From NCBI GenBank assembly GCA_965208675.1, contig OZ242351.1:2240001-2304000 (forward strand): 64,000 nt of DNA, given 5' to 3'. This document shows positions 49,870-58,809 of the stretch, one piece after another. The DNA comes from Candidatus Poribacteria bacterium (GTDB lineage: Bacteria > Poribacteria > WGA-4E > PCPOR2b). Positions within the stretch are counted from its first letter, which is position 1; each line of letters starts with the position of its first letter. The notes beneath the pieces are model-generated. The model saw nothing but the letters and a program-made list of their open reading frames with translations, searched no databases and was not told where the DNA came from. The position numbers and the translations under genes are program-made.

Positions 49870-49898
49870 ATGCTATCATGCCGTCGCGTTTTTGTCAA
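49870..49898 (-). promoter_or_regulatory. Sigma70-type promoter on the minus strand
   Basis: TTGACA-17 nt (aaaacgcgacggcatga)-TAGCAT with extended -10 TG. Confidence 0.7.
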
Positions 49899-50002
49899 GG
49901 AAAAAACTGCCTTCATTCAAAAACGCAATTAGCTGACAGCGGAGTAAGTTGCTCTTTGCGCTAGGATATTGTACCGTCCTCGTACATTGAACATGCAAAA
50001 AA

Positions 50003-52231
50003 ATGGAGAGATATATGGACCAACTTGACCAATCCCAAAGGTTGTTTTGCGAAGCCCCTTCAACAAACATCAGGTTACTTGCACCGGCGGGATGCGGGAA
50101 GACACTTTGTCTACTTTTTCGTTGCAAACACCTCGCCGAACAAGCTAAACCACGTCGTTTGCGCTTCCTCCTTGTGACATTTACTCGTGCCGCTATGCAA
50201 GAATTAAGTAGCCGTCTTGATGAAGACAATCGGTTCGCACACTTGCAAAATTCTATTGAAATCACGACTCTGAACGCTTGGGGAAATCGCCGAATTAGGA
50301 ATGCTGTTTCCTACCCCAGGCTCCTCAATACAAAACGAGACTATCATTTTGCAATGCACAATCAACTTCGACCGGTCTGGCGAAATCATGAGGCTATCAG
50401 AAATGCGATTCAGAGCAGGAATCGACGGACAAGAAATATTGCTCCACGAATGTTGATGGACGTGATTGATGGATTTAAGTCCTTGGGATTCGACCACGTC
50501 ATACATGCAAATTTCAGCCAATTTTCCCAGCAATGGCGCCAACTTGAACTTCAAGGATTAGAATGGAGATTGAAAGAGTTGCTGGGTGAACTAGTCGATC
50601 TTGATATGCTTGATAGCGAGAATCACCACAGCATCAACTTAGTTCTTGCACTCGAAAGAAACGGGGTTGACGTCGGTCGTCTTGTCGATGACGGCGCAAT
50701 TGAAATTGAAATTTTAAACGGCGAGTCTGGCATTGATGCCTTGAGACGTGTAATCGAATCACAGAAACGTGAAGTTTACGATATATTTTACAAATTTTGG
50801 CTAGAAGCCACAGGACATTTACTTGATAGCGCCACGTTTACCCTTGAAGACCAAAAATACTACGTTTACAGGGAAGAGCGCAAGAGCGTAACAGAGGGAC
50901 GTTACCTTTCCGGCGCAGCAGGTTATGACCATGTTTTCGTCGATGAGTTCCAAGATATCAACCCGCTTGATCTAGCGCTAGTCAAAGCCATCGTTGAACG
51001 TAACCGCGCCACGTTGACTATCTCAGGAGACGACGACCAAGCAATATTTGAATGGCGAGGAGCAACGCCTTACTACATCCTAGATCCCGACAGGTTTTTT
51101 GGCTCTGCGTTTCAAACATATACACTCGGCGTAAATTATCGTTCTCCTAGAAACATCGTTGAACATGCCCAACGACTGATTTCCCACAACTCGCGGCGTG
51201 AGCATAAACAAGTTAACGCAGTTAGTTCTCTAGATGCGCGAATTGAGATTAGGGAAACCAGGGGACTCATTGAAGCGCTCGAGTACGTTGATACGATAGT
51301 TAATGAGGAAATTCAACAAGGTAGAAGCCCCAGTCGTGTAGCGATAATTGGGCGGAAACGAAGCCAAATCATCCCGTATCAAATGCATTTTGCGTCTAGA
51401 GATATGCGCTTTTGTGCGGCTGAGGATTTGCAAATTTTCTTGAGCGATACGTTTGGTAGCCTTCTTGACCTTTTAGAAATTAAATCTCGCTCCGATGTTG
51501 CACAGAGAGCGGGGCAGGTTTTAGATGACCTGTTGTTTTTGTGCAACCGCGTGAAAAAATACCCTATTAGAAACGTTGAAATACAAGGCTTAAGAACCTA
51601 TCTTCAACAATCTGATTTATCCACGGTCGTGTCTGCAACAAACACATTGATTGGGTACCGAGGGCGATTAATAAACGAAAATCGCGAAGGGCGTATGAGC
51701 ATCGCTATGGCGGATTCTATAAGAGCATTCAATAACGCTGAGACCGTATCAGATGCACTAATCGAACTAAGTGACAAGTTCGAGGGGCTACAACGTGATT
51801 TTGGTAAGGCTGAAAATGACATTTTTTACGTAGATCCCCCCTTCTTTCAGTTGGCTGAGTACGCGTCAAGCTATGGTGATGATTATGATTCCTTCATCGG
51901 CGACATTGAGAGGGCGAGGGAAACGCTAGTTTATATTCCTCCATTTGAACAGGAGGATCAAGAAAACTTATGGAATCACCCTCTTCACCTGATGACGGCA
52001 TTGCGCGCTAAGGGAAAAGAGTTTAACACAGTGATATTACTTGATGTGAACGATGGGATATGGCCAAATCGAAATGCAGACACTCCTGCGAAGCAAGAGG
52101 CTGAACGGCGTGTCTTCTATGTAGCGTTCACACGGGCTAGAAAACGTGTTGTAATGTTGGTGAATTCGCGCATGGGCAATCGAGAAGCTGCGCCATCACC
52201 CTATATTGAAGAACTTGGTTTTGAGCGATGA
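50003..52231 (+). CDS. UvrD/REP-family (SF1A) ATP-dependent helicase, stand-alone
   Basis: APAGCGKT, VTFTRAA..EL, VDEFQD, GDDDQAIFEWRGA, NYRSP, T...AKGKEF, ERRVFYVAFTRA. Confidence 0.9.
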   Translation: MERYMDQLDQSQRLFCEAPSTNIRLLAPAGCGKTLCLLFRCKHLAEQAKPRRLRFLLVTFTRAAMQELSSRLDEDNRFAHLQNSIEITTLNAWGNRRIRNAVSYPRLLNTKRDYHFAMHNQLRPVWRNHEAIRNAIQSRNRRTRNIAPRMLMDVIDGFKSLGFDHVIHANFSQFSQQWRQLELQGLEWRLKELLGELVDLDMLDSENHHSINLVLALERNGVDVGRLVDDGAIEIEILNGESGIDALRRVIESQKREVYDIFYKFWLEATGHLLDSATFTLEDQKYYVYREERKSVTEGRYLSGAAGYDHVFVDEFQDINPLDLALVKAIVERNRATLTISGDDDQAIFEWRGATPYYILDPDRFFGSAFQTYTLGVNYRSPRNIVEHAQRLISHNSRREHKQVNAVSSLDARIEIRETRGLIEALEYVDTIVNEEIQQGRSPSRVAIIGRKRSQIIPYQMHFASRDMRFCAAEDLQIFLSDTFGSLLDLLEIKSRSDVAQRAGQVLDDLLFLCNRVKKYPIRNVEIQGLRTYLQQSDLSTVVSATNTLIGYRGRLINENREGRMSIAMADSIRAFNNAETVSDALIELSDKFEGLQRDFGKAENDIFYVDPPFFQLAEYASSYGDDYDSFIGDIERARETLVYIPPFEQEDQENLWNHPLHLMTALRAKGKEFNTVILLDVNDGIWPNRNADTPAKQEAERRVFYVAFTRARKRVVMLVNSRMGNREAAPSPYIEELGFER

Positions 52232-52348
52232 TTTTGGCACCACCTGCCCAATCAACGCAGTCTTGAGAAAGTCTACCTTCTCACCAAGGAGTTGCAGACT
52301 TTGGCAACAAATTGGGGATTTTGCACTGTTGATAATTGCATTGCGAAA

Positions 52349-52741
52349 GTTTTTGTAGGTTGGGTAGAGCGGATATGGCGAAAAATGCGTAGTATTTCGT
52401 ACGCGGTACATACGTTGAGATTGTTTCGTAAATGTAACGGTGGTGCGAAACCCAACGTTTTTGAAACGTTTCGATAGCCGAACGGCAGACGCCACCGCCA
52501 GAACGATTGGAATAATGAAAACAATGTGAGTGTTTGGAATTCGCAGCGGTGTGATGAATTCGGGATTTATAAGGGTTGACGGTAGTTTTTAATACTGAAG
52601 ACTATCGCCTTCGCTACTCGCTCAGTTGATCGTTGGGTTTCGCTCTGCGTGTATTGACAGCAGCACCATTAGAAAATCGGAACGGTTAATTGCTGCCTGA
52701 ACCGTTTCGGAATCATCCGTTCTACCCAACCCACAGAAACT
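52349..52741. mobile_element. REPIN/MITE-like element III
   Basis: gtttttgtaggttgggtagagcgga ... gcgaaacccaac ... gttgggtttcgc ... tccgttctacccaacccacagaaact; module at 52600-52631 (minus). Confidence 0.75.
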
Positions 52742-52879
52742 GAGAAATTTCGAGCATTGCCGAAGCGTGGAAGGTGAATGCCGCACTAGGAGTTTTCGGT
52801 CAGTATGGCGCATCCAAACCAACGCGCTTCTGAGTTTCAAAATCATCACAGTGTGTTGCTACCTACAAGGAGAATAAAA

Positions 52880-53686
52880 ATGAAAACAATGGTTCTGAAT
52901 TTGGTGTTGTCCATTATATTCGCGGCGTTTTCTTTTGGAATAGCCGCTGCCGCGGTGGACAATGATGTGGTGCTTGCCATGCCATTTGAGGAAGGTGTTG
53001 GTGAGGACACCAAAGACCTCTCCCCCCACGAAAATCACGGCACGTTCAACGGAAAGGTTACTTGGGCGGATGGAAAGTTTGGTAGTGCGCTTCGGTTCGA
53101 GCCGGTTAGCTTTGTTGACGCCGGACAGGATGAGAGTCTGAGTCTATCCGACACAGACTTTACGATTGCCGCTTGGGTAAACATGGAGGAAACTGACGTC
53201 CAACAACACGGATTTCTCGGCCAAGATGAAGGGGGCGGATCGAAAAACAAGTGGATTTTTCGATACAACAAAGCCCAAAGTATAAAATTGAATTTTGTGG
53301 CGTATAACAGCGAACCTGCGCGCGCGGCGCAACTCGATTCGAAGCTGTGGGAACCCAAACCCGCAGCGAATCGGTGGTATCAGGTCGCTGTCGTGCGGGA
53401 GGGCGACGACTATACGTTCTATATTGATGGCAAACCGCATAGCATGGCGTCCGATGACTTGGTGATTCCACCCGTCATTGAAGCGCCGCTGACGGTCGGA
53501 TGGGCTGAAGGCCCCATTGCCATGGATGGCATTGTCGACGAAGTCCTGATACTCCGGCGGGCTTTCACAGACCTTGAAATTCAAACTCACTTCAAGGGCG
53601 GTTTGGCGCAAGTCCTCGCCGTTCAATCTCATGGAAAACTCGCCACTACCTGGGCTTCCCTAAAGGGCGCACTAACCTTTCGTTGA
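52880..53686 (+). CDS. Secreted LamG-like jellyroll protein with C-terminal KLATTWASLK motif
   Basis: ATG after aaggag; signal peptide; FEEG.G...KDLS, GKFGSAL.F, FTIAAWV, WYQVAVVR, GIVDEV. Confidence 0.88.
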   Translation: MKTMVLNLVLSIIFAAFSFGIAAAAVDNDVVLAMPFEEGVGEDTKDLSPHENHGTFNGKVTWADGKFGSALRFEPVSFVDAGQDESLSLSDTDFTIAAWVNMEETDVQQHGFLGQDEGGGSKNKWIFRYNKAQSIKLNFVAYNSEPARAAQLDSKLWEPKPAANRWYQVAVVREGDDYTFYIDGKPHSMASDDLVIPPVIEAPLTVGWAEGPIAMDGIVDEVLILRRAFTDLEIQTHFKGGLAQVLAVQSHGKLATTWASLKGALTFR

Positions 53687-53772
53687 ACCCCCCGATACAG
53701 ATTAGACCTGCTGCCTACAAATTTAAAGCGCGGTCTTAACCATGTTATGGCGGACGTTAAAAATTCTCAATA

Positions 53773-54068
53773 GTTTTTGTAGGTTGGGTAGAGCGGATAT
53801 GGTGAAATTTGCGTAGTGTTTTGTAAGCAGTAAGTACGTTGAGATTGTTTAGTAGCTGTAACAGTGGAGCGAAACCCAACGATCAACTGAGCGAATAGCG
53901 AAGGCGATAGTCTTCCCCACACGGCGCCACCGAAAAATCGAACACATCGCAATTAACGAAAAGCGTTGGGTTTCGCTCCATCCATCAAATCCCGGACGCG
54001 CTTAACCTGACAAACGCTTCGTTACAATCAATATAATTTGGATAACCTGCTTAACCCAACCTACAAAA
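53773..54068. mobile_element. REPIN/MITE-like element IV
   Basis: gtttttgtaggttgggtagagcggatat ... gcgaaacccaac[module 53881-53912] ... gttgggtttcgc ... ttaacccaacctacaaaa. Confidence 0.78.
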
Positions 54069-54372
54069 GCCCATTTCAGGGGAAGTTGACGAATCCGAAC
54101 TTGAAATTGACGCCCATTGAAGATAATGTACAAAAGTTGACATTCAGACTATGAAACTTTCATAGTAACACATTTCCAAAAGTCGGCTGAACCCGCACCG
54201 CATAAAGGTTTACTGGTATTTTAGTCCACTCTGTTTTCTCAGTTTACTATTAAAACTATGAAATTATCCGAAATTTCGCCCTTTTTTTATAGACTGTAAA
54301 AACTGTAATTTTGCCAAAAACTCGGTATGAATCAGGAACGGACACACGTTGGGCACTAATCTGAAGCGATAC

Positions 54373-55092
54373 CTAATTTAGCTTGGCTTTCAGCCTTCGT
54401 AGCGCGATGAAGGCAGCGTCATAATCCGGCATTTCATACAAGGCGCGTTTGTAGCACGCCATCGCTTTATCCCATTCAAACCGATGTTCCCAGACGCGGC
54501 CAAGGTTCATGTGCGGATACGCCCGCGGTTCGTATCGGGGTGCGCGAGTCGCCTGCTCCAGCCAAGGAATAGCGGCATCGTATTCGCCCTTTTCAATCAA
54601 ATATGCGCCGATGTCGTTGTATGGATTGCCGAAATCAGGGTCAACCCGAATGGCTTTGCGGCATTCCTCAATCGCATCTTCGCCGCGTCCAATCATGCTA
54701 TATGTCCAACCGAGATAGGTGTGCGCCTCAGCAGTCGGGTAAATTTCAATGGATTTTAGATACAACCCAATCGCATCGGAAAATTCACCCTTCTGTTGAT
54801 GCTCTAAAGCGTCCTGCCAGTAAAACAGCGCCTGTTCCTTTTTATAAGCAATTTCATCGTCGTATATGTTCAGCCTTTCTTCGGCTCGCTTGACCGTGTA
54901 GATGCGGTCGTCGTCTTTGTCTACAATTAACCATTCGCTGTCTTCCGTTTCAATCGATACTTTGACATTTCGAGAGAGGACAATCTTGTTCTTTTTAAAT
55001 GCTTGGCGCAGTTCGTCCGGGAGCGTACCGCGGTTTAAATCCGTTTGAAAACTCAATTCGACATCGAACAGCAACATCTCATCCGCAGCCAC
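54373..55092 (-). CDS. Tetratricopeptide-repeat protein with an N-terminal extra domain
   Basis: PTAEAHTYLGW, AI..DPDFGNPYNDIGAYL, YPH.NLGRV. Confidence 0.85.
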   Translation of the reverse strand: MAADEMLLFDVELSFQTDLNRGTLPDELRQAFKKNKIVLSRNVKVSIETEDSEWLIVDKDDDRIYTVKRAEERLNIYDDEIAYKKEQALFYWQDALEHQQKGEFSDAIGLYLKSIEIYPTAEAHTYLGWTYSMIGRGEDAIEECRKAIRVDPDFGNPYNDIGAYLIEKGEYDAAIPWLEQATRAPRYEPRAYPHMNLGRVWEHRFEWDKAMACYKRALYEMPDYDAAFIALRRLKAKLN

Positions 55093-55238
55093 AATTCGTG
55101 CTCCTTTCTAAGCAGAATGATGTCACAAAACCGAACAACGAACTTTCTTGCTTCTTCGAGATTCGTCAGTAACGACAAAACTCTACCGTTTATCGCTTCG
55201 GCACCAACATCCTCACCCTTATTAAGCGGCCACAATCA

Positions 55239-55274
55239 TCCTCCCCCACACCAAGGGGGAGTGAGAGGGGGGTT
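55239..55274. repeat. C-rich/G-rich REP-like palindrome
   Basis: cctccccc-acaccaa-ggggga-gtgagaggggggtt. Confidence 0.5.
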
Positions 55275-55284
55275 CTTCAGTTCT

Positions 55285-57366
55285 TCACTTCGAGTCCAAC
55301 TGGCTTTTCAATTCCGCGAGATTCGTCGTAGGAGATTTACAGGCGTAATTTTCGCAGACATAGACGGTTGTTTCGCCGTTGATTTGCCGCTTGTATTCAA
55401 GGAGCGGGATGAGCGCCTCGGTCTCGTGAGCCTTCTCATCCGTATCGTCCAACATCGCCATGACCTTGTTCGGGATAAACCGGCTGTGAATGGCATGCAG
55501 GACATTCTTCGCCCCCTCGCTGTTCAGCTTCCCGGCAATCGCTATTTCCTTGGGGATTGAATGCAGAAAATCGAGTTCACACAGCAGTTGAGCAGAACCG
55601 CTTGGCGCCGATTTCATCTGATGCGAATAGAGATTCAATGCCGTTTGCGCTTTTTCCGTTAGATTGGGTTGATTGAGCAACTTCGAAAGCCGAAGTAAAC
55701 AGTGGATGGCGATCGAGGTGCCGGACGGCGTAGCGCCATCGTATGCCGATTTGGACCGGACAATCAACGATTCGTGCCCCTTGCTGGTATAGAAAAAACC
55801 GCCCTTAGCGTCATCCCAGAACTGTTCGATCATCGTCTCATTGAGTCGTCGGGCGTTTTTGAGCCAGTGAGGATTGAAGGTCGCCTCGTATAGATTGATT
55901 AAGCCAGCGATGAAATACGAATAATCTTCGAGATAGGCGTTCAGATGGCTTTTACCGGCGCGATGGGTTCGCAGCAGCCCGTTATGCTGTGACAGTTCGG
56001 TCAACACAAAATTGGCTGACGCTTCCGCAGCTTCAAGTAAGCGGCTATGTCCAAGGATTTGATATCCTGATGCCATACTCCGAACCATCAAACCGTTCCA
56101 GCTCGTGAGGATTTTGTCGTCCAGACCGGGCTTTATGCGCTGTTCGCGCACTTCAAACAGCTTCCGCTTCCCTTCGGTGAGAATCGTCTCCAACTCCCCC
56201 AAATCCATTCCCAGTTTCTTTGCGAAGATGTCCGGCGGGGTCTGGACGTGAAGGATGTTCTCGCCTTCAAAATTTCCGGGTTCCGTAATATCGTAATATT
56301 CACAGAAAACCTTCGCGTGCTCCGCCTCAAGTAAGTCTTCAACCTCATCGGGCGTCCAAACGAAAAACTTGCCTTCGACGCCCTCGCTGTCCGCATCTTG
56401 CGTCGAGTAAAACCCGCCTGTCTCCGGGTTGTACATCTCGCGCAAGACGTAGTCGAGTGTGTCTTGAGCGATGTTCGCATAAAACGGCTCTCCAGACGCC
56501 TGATACGTCTCCAAATAGATTGCCGAAAGCAGTGCGTTGTCGTACAACATCTTCTCAAAGTGTGGGACGAGCCAAGTTTCGTCGGTCGAATAGCGGTGAA
56601 ATCCCCCGCCAATCTGATCATACATTCCGCCCTGCGCCATTTTTTGCAGCGTTAGTTCGACCATTTCTAGCGCGTTCTGATTACCGGTGCGGTGCCAGTA
56701 ACGCAGCAGGAAAGCGAGTCCCATGCTCGGCGGGAATTTGGGCGCACTTCCAAATCCGCCGTGCCGAGAATCAAACCGCGACCGATAATCTTGATAAGCA
56801 CGGTCGAATACATCGGTGTTTAGGGGCTGACCGCCCGCCTGCGTCTCCGATAGTTGATGCAAGCGTTCGGTGATTCGATTTGCTTGTTCAACAATGCTCT
56901 CGTGACGTTCGCGGTACGCCTCAATTACACCAAGCAGCACACGCGGGAAACCGGGGCGTCCGTATCGGTCATCAGGGGGGAAGTAGGTGCCGCCGTAAAA
57001 GGGTTTCAAATCCGGCGCAAGAAACATGGTCATTGGCCAACCGCCGGATCCCGTGAGCATCTGGACGGCGTTCATGTAGATTTCATCAAGATCTGGACGT
57101 TCCTCGCGGTCCACCTTGATGTTGATAAAATGTTCGTTCATGATTGAGGCGATTTGCTCGTTCTCAAAGGATTCGTGCTCCATCACGTGGCACCAATGGC
57201 ATGCAGCATATCCAACGCTCAAGAGAATCGGCTTATTCTCACGCCTCGCGAGCGCCAACGCCTCTTCTCCCCACGGATACCAATCGACAGGATTGTGAGC
57301 GTGTTGCAGGAGGTACGGGCTCGTCTCGTTAATGAGCCGATTTGTATGTTTCGGGTTTTCAGACAT
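55285..57366 (-). CDS. Thioredoxin-domain protein, YyaL/SPATA20 family
   Basis: [54 protein letters not shown]. Confidence 0.93.
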   Translation of the reverse strand: MSENPKHTNRLINETSPYLLQHAHNPVDWYPWGEEALALARRENKPILLSVGYAACHWCHVMEHESFENEQIASIMNEHFINIKVDREERPDLDEIYMNAVQMLTGSGGWPMTMFLAPDLKPFYGGTYFPPDDRYGRPGFPRVLLGVIEAYRERHESIVEQANRITERLHQLSETQAGGQPLNTDVFDRAYQDYRSRFDSRHGGFGSAPKFPPSMGLAFLLRYWHRTGNQNALEMVELTLQKMAQGGMYDQIGGGFHRYSTDETWLVPHFEKMLYDNALLSAIYLETYQASGEPFYANIAQDTLDYVLREMYNPETGGFYSTQDADSEGVEGKFFVWTPDEVEDLLEAEHAKVFCEYYDITEPGNFEGENILHVQTPPDIFAKKLGMDLGELETILTEGKRKLFEVREQRIKPGLDDKILTSWNGLMVRSMASGYQILGHSRLLEAAEASANFVLTELSQHNGLLRTHRAGKSHLNAYLEDYSYFIAGLINLYEATFNPHWLKNARRLNETMIEQFWDDAKGGFFYTSKGHESLIVRSKSAYDGATPSGTSIAIHCLLRLSKLLNQPNLTEKAQTALNLYSHQMKSAPSGSAQLLCELDFLHSIPKEIAIAGKLNSEGAKNVLHAIHSRFIPNKVMAMLDDTDEKAHETEALIPLLEYKRQINGETTVYVCENYACKSPTTNLAELKSQLDSK

Positions 57367-57379
57367 TCATTTCCCTCTC

Positions 57380-58333
57380 TTAGGGTGCCGCGATACCGCC
57401 GCTGCTGCCAGTTTTTAGGACGACATAGCTCCTATATCGAACCGGGCTAATCTCGCCTGCATTGACAGCCTCGGTTACTGCACAATCTGGCTCATTAAGA
57501 TGGATGCAATCGTTGTATTTGCATTCACCAAGGTAGGAATCCATTTCCGGAAAATAGAGGTCAAGGTCTTCCGTATCAACGCCCCACAGACCGACCTCTC
57601 GAATGCCCGGCGTGTCCGCCACTTCGCCGCCATTTTCCAAGGAAAAGAGTTCAACAAGCGTTGTGGTATGGCGTCCTTTACCGGTTTTCAACCCGACTTC
57701 ACCAATGGGCAAGGCGAGTCCCGGTTGCACCGCGTTAAGAAGGCTCGACTTCCCTACCCCAGACGCCCCGACGATGACACTGAACTTATCGGATAATACA
57801 CGTTCGAGTCGATCAATACCCTCGCCATCTGTGACGCTAGTATAGATTACCTGATAGCCGAGACGGTCGTAGACGTTCAACATAGAGATTACCCTACCCT
57901 TTTCCACCGAGTCGATAAGGTCAATCTTATTTAGACAAACGACAGCGCCCATCTGCCCTGCTTCGGCTAGTATAAGGAATCGATCGAGCGTTCGGTAGTT
58001 AAGGTCCGGCAGGCGGGTTGAAACAACAGCCACCACCTGATCAGCGTTTGCGACGACAATTTGCTCGATTGTGTCTCGCTTGCCTGGGTGGCGGCGAGAT
58101 AGTTTAGTCCGCCGCGGCAGGATGCCTTCGATAACACCCCTTTCCTCGTCAAGGGGCGCGACCACTACTTCATCGCCAACTGCGACAGGGTCGGCGTAGA
58201 TTTGCTTGCCCTCCTCCGATCGCCGTTCTCGCTTGACACGCCCGCGCAGCGTGCAGCGAAGCACACCGCCGTCAAGTTGGACATCGTAAAAACTCGTTCG
58301 GGCGCGAATGACTCGTCCGTGACTGTCGTCCAT
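57380..58333 (-). CDS. rsgA: Ribosome small subunit-dependent GTPase A
   Basis: NKID, GASGVGKSSL, G.GRHTT, DTPG, C...C.H..EP.C zinc site. Confidence 0.95.
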   Translation of the reverse strand: MDDSHGRVIRARTSFYDVQLDGGVLRCTLRGRVKRERRSEEGKQIYADPVAVGDEVVVAPLDEERGVIEGILPRRTKLSRRHPGKRDTIEQIVVANADQVVAVVSTRLPDLNYRTLDRFLILAEAGQMGAVVCLNKIDLIDSVEKGRVISMLNVYDRLGYQVIYTSVTDGEGIDRLERVLSDKFSVIVGASGVGKSSLLNAVQPGLALPIGEVGLKTGKGRHTTTLVELFSLENGGEVADTPGIREVGLWGVDTEDLDLYFPEMDSYLGECKYNDCIHLNEPDCAVTEAVNAGEISPVRYRSYVVLKTGSSGGIAAP

Positions 58334-58401
58334 ATAAATTCGTCCGCCTTGACGATTATGCCTTGCTACGAATACAGGCGCTAGTGCGAATCTTTAGAGC
58401 A

Positions 58402-58788
58402 CTAGCAGGGAATTACCCAATGCAGGACAGTGTCGATAAACGAAATTAGAAGGGCAGCTATTATGGTGTTGAAGAAACCATTTACCTCAAACCCTTTGAT
58501 TATCTTCGCCGTAATCCAGAGGAGAAAAGCGTTTATGACAAAATAGAACAGACCGAGCGTCAGAATAAACAGCGGCAGTGTTAACAAAATAAAAATCTTG
58601 GTGAACACCGTTTTCAATATTCCGTAAACGAGCGCTACGACGACTGCCGTGGCGAAGTTTTTGACACGGATAGACGATAAGATATGGGTAGCGACAAAGA
58701 CCGACACGCTGAGGATTAAGAGTTCGATTATCCAGTGAATTATGGGGCTATAATCAGGCAATCTCGATTTCCCCTTTCGCGGACACAA
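58402..58788 (-). CDS. YvlD/phage-holin-superfamily-IV membrane protein (start probably TTG 58761)
   Basis: Four TM segments; LTLP..ILTLGLF..VINA. Confidence 0.8.
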   Translation of the reverse strand: MCPRKGKSRLPDYSPIIHWIIELLILSVSVFVATHILSSIRVKNFATAVVVALVYGILKTVFTKIFILLTLPLFILTLGLFYFVINAFLLWITAKIIKGFEVNGFFNTIIAALLISFIDTVLHWVIPC

Positions 58789-58809
58789 AGGTGCCCTTGA
58801 CCGTATTCC

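Noticed and set aside
49623-49916. 97-aa minus-strand ORF
   Set aside because: It spans a promoter and a terminator, has no clear RBS and no recognisable motifs.
58402-58788. Prophage suggested by the holin-family gene
   Set aside because: YvlD-like proteins are common chromosomal genes; neighbours are rsgA and uppS and no phage genes are present.
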